A stretch of DNA of 64,000 nucleotides from assembly GCA_034780895.1 (NCBI GenBank), contig JAUZTB010000042.1:13876174-13940173 (forward strand), read 5' to 3'. Below the pieces are notes generated by a model. It did no database searches. It was given only the letters and a program-made list of their open reading frames with translations, and was not told the DNA's origin. Shown here piece by piece: positions 63,820-64,000 of the stretch (within the stretch, counting starts at the first letter, position 1; each line of letters begins with the position of its first letter). Both the position numbers and the translations under genes were made by a program. This DNA comes from Rhynchobatus australiae (Eukaryota).

Positions 63820-64000
63820 ATCTCTCCCTAAAACATAGCTATGTTGCAAGTTGCACATCACCCTGACCTGTGTCTAAATTCTAGATCCCCCTGCTCCACA
63901 GTTAGGAATACCCATTTTATTGGCGTTACAGTGGGTCATGAAAGTGGATCATCACCACCACCTCAAGGGCCATTAGGTCAGGAAGAATTATTGTTTGCCT
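63820..64000 (+). mobile_element. CR1/L2-group LINE 3' end
   Basis: caagttgcacatcaccctgacc...catcaccaccacctcaagggccattagg. Confidence 0.45.

Noticed and set aside
1-64000. Novel prokaryote-type multi-gene system (operon, defence island, phage)
   Set aside because: No long ORFs or gene-dense organisation; the sequence is vertebrate intron with SINE/LINE debris and one spliced exon

Overview
This is AT-rich vertebrate genomic DNA from a gappy draft assembly with many N runs. The repeat content (tRNA-headed V-SINEs of HE1 type, DeuSINE/SacSINE1-like copies, abundant CR1, Rex1/Babar, L2 and Penelope remnants) points to a cartilaginous fish, possibly a ray; that assignment is inference. The only host coding sequence I can support is one 135-bp phase-1/phase-1 exon (28273-28407, +) encoding a calcium-binding EGF repeat of a SCUBE protein, most like SCUBE1. 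The rest looks like two very large introns filled with decayed and often nested transposable elements. Nearly all listed ORFs are spurious or TE fragments, and I found no prokaryote-type system. The most notable non-routine structures are: a Penelope-like element with one inverted and two tandem terminal repeats carrying a hammerhead-ribozyme-like core (29.8-32.0 kb); a ~415-bp element whose long terminal inverted repeats each contain a 34-36-bp palindrome (15.9-16.3 kb); an isolated perfect 26-bp-arm hairpin (1.0-1.1 kb); and a V-SINE with an apparently swapped LINE tail (56 kb). TE boundaries and family names were read by eye and are approximate.
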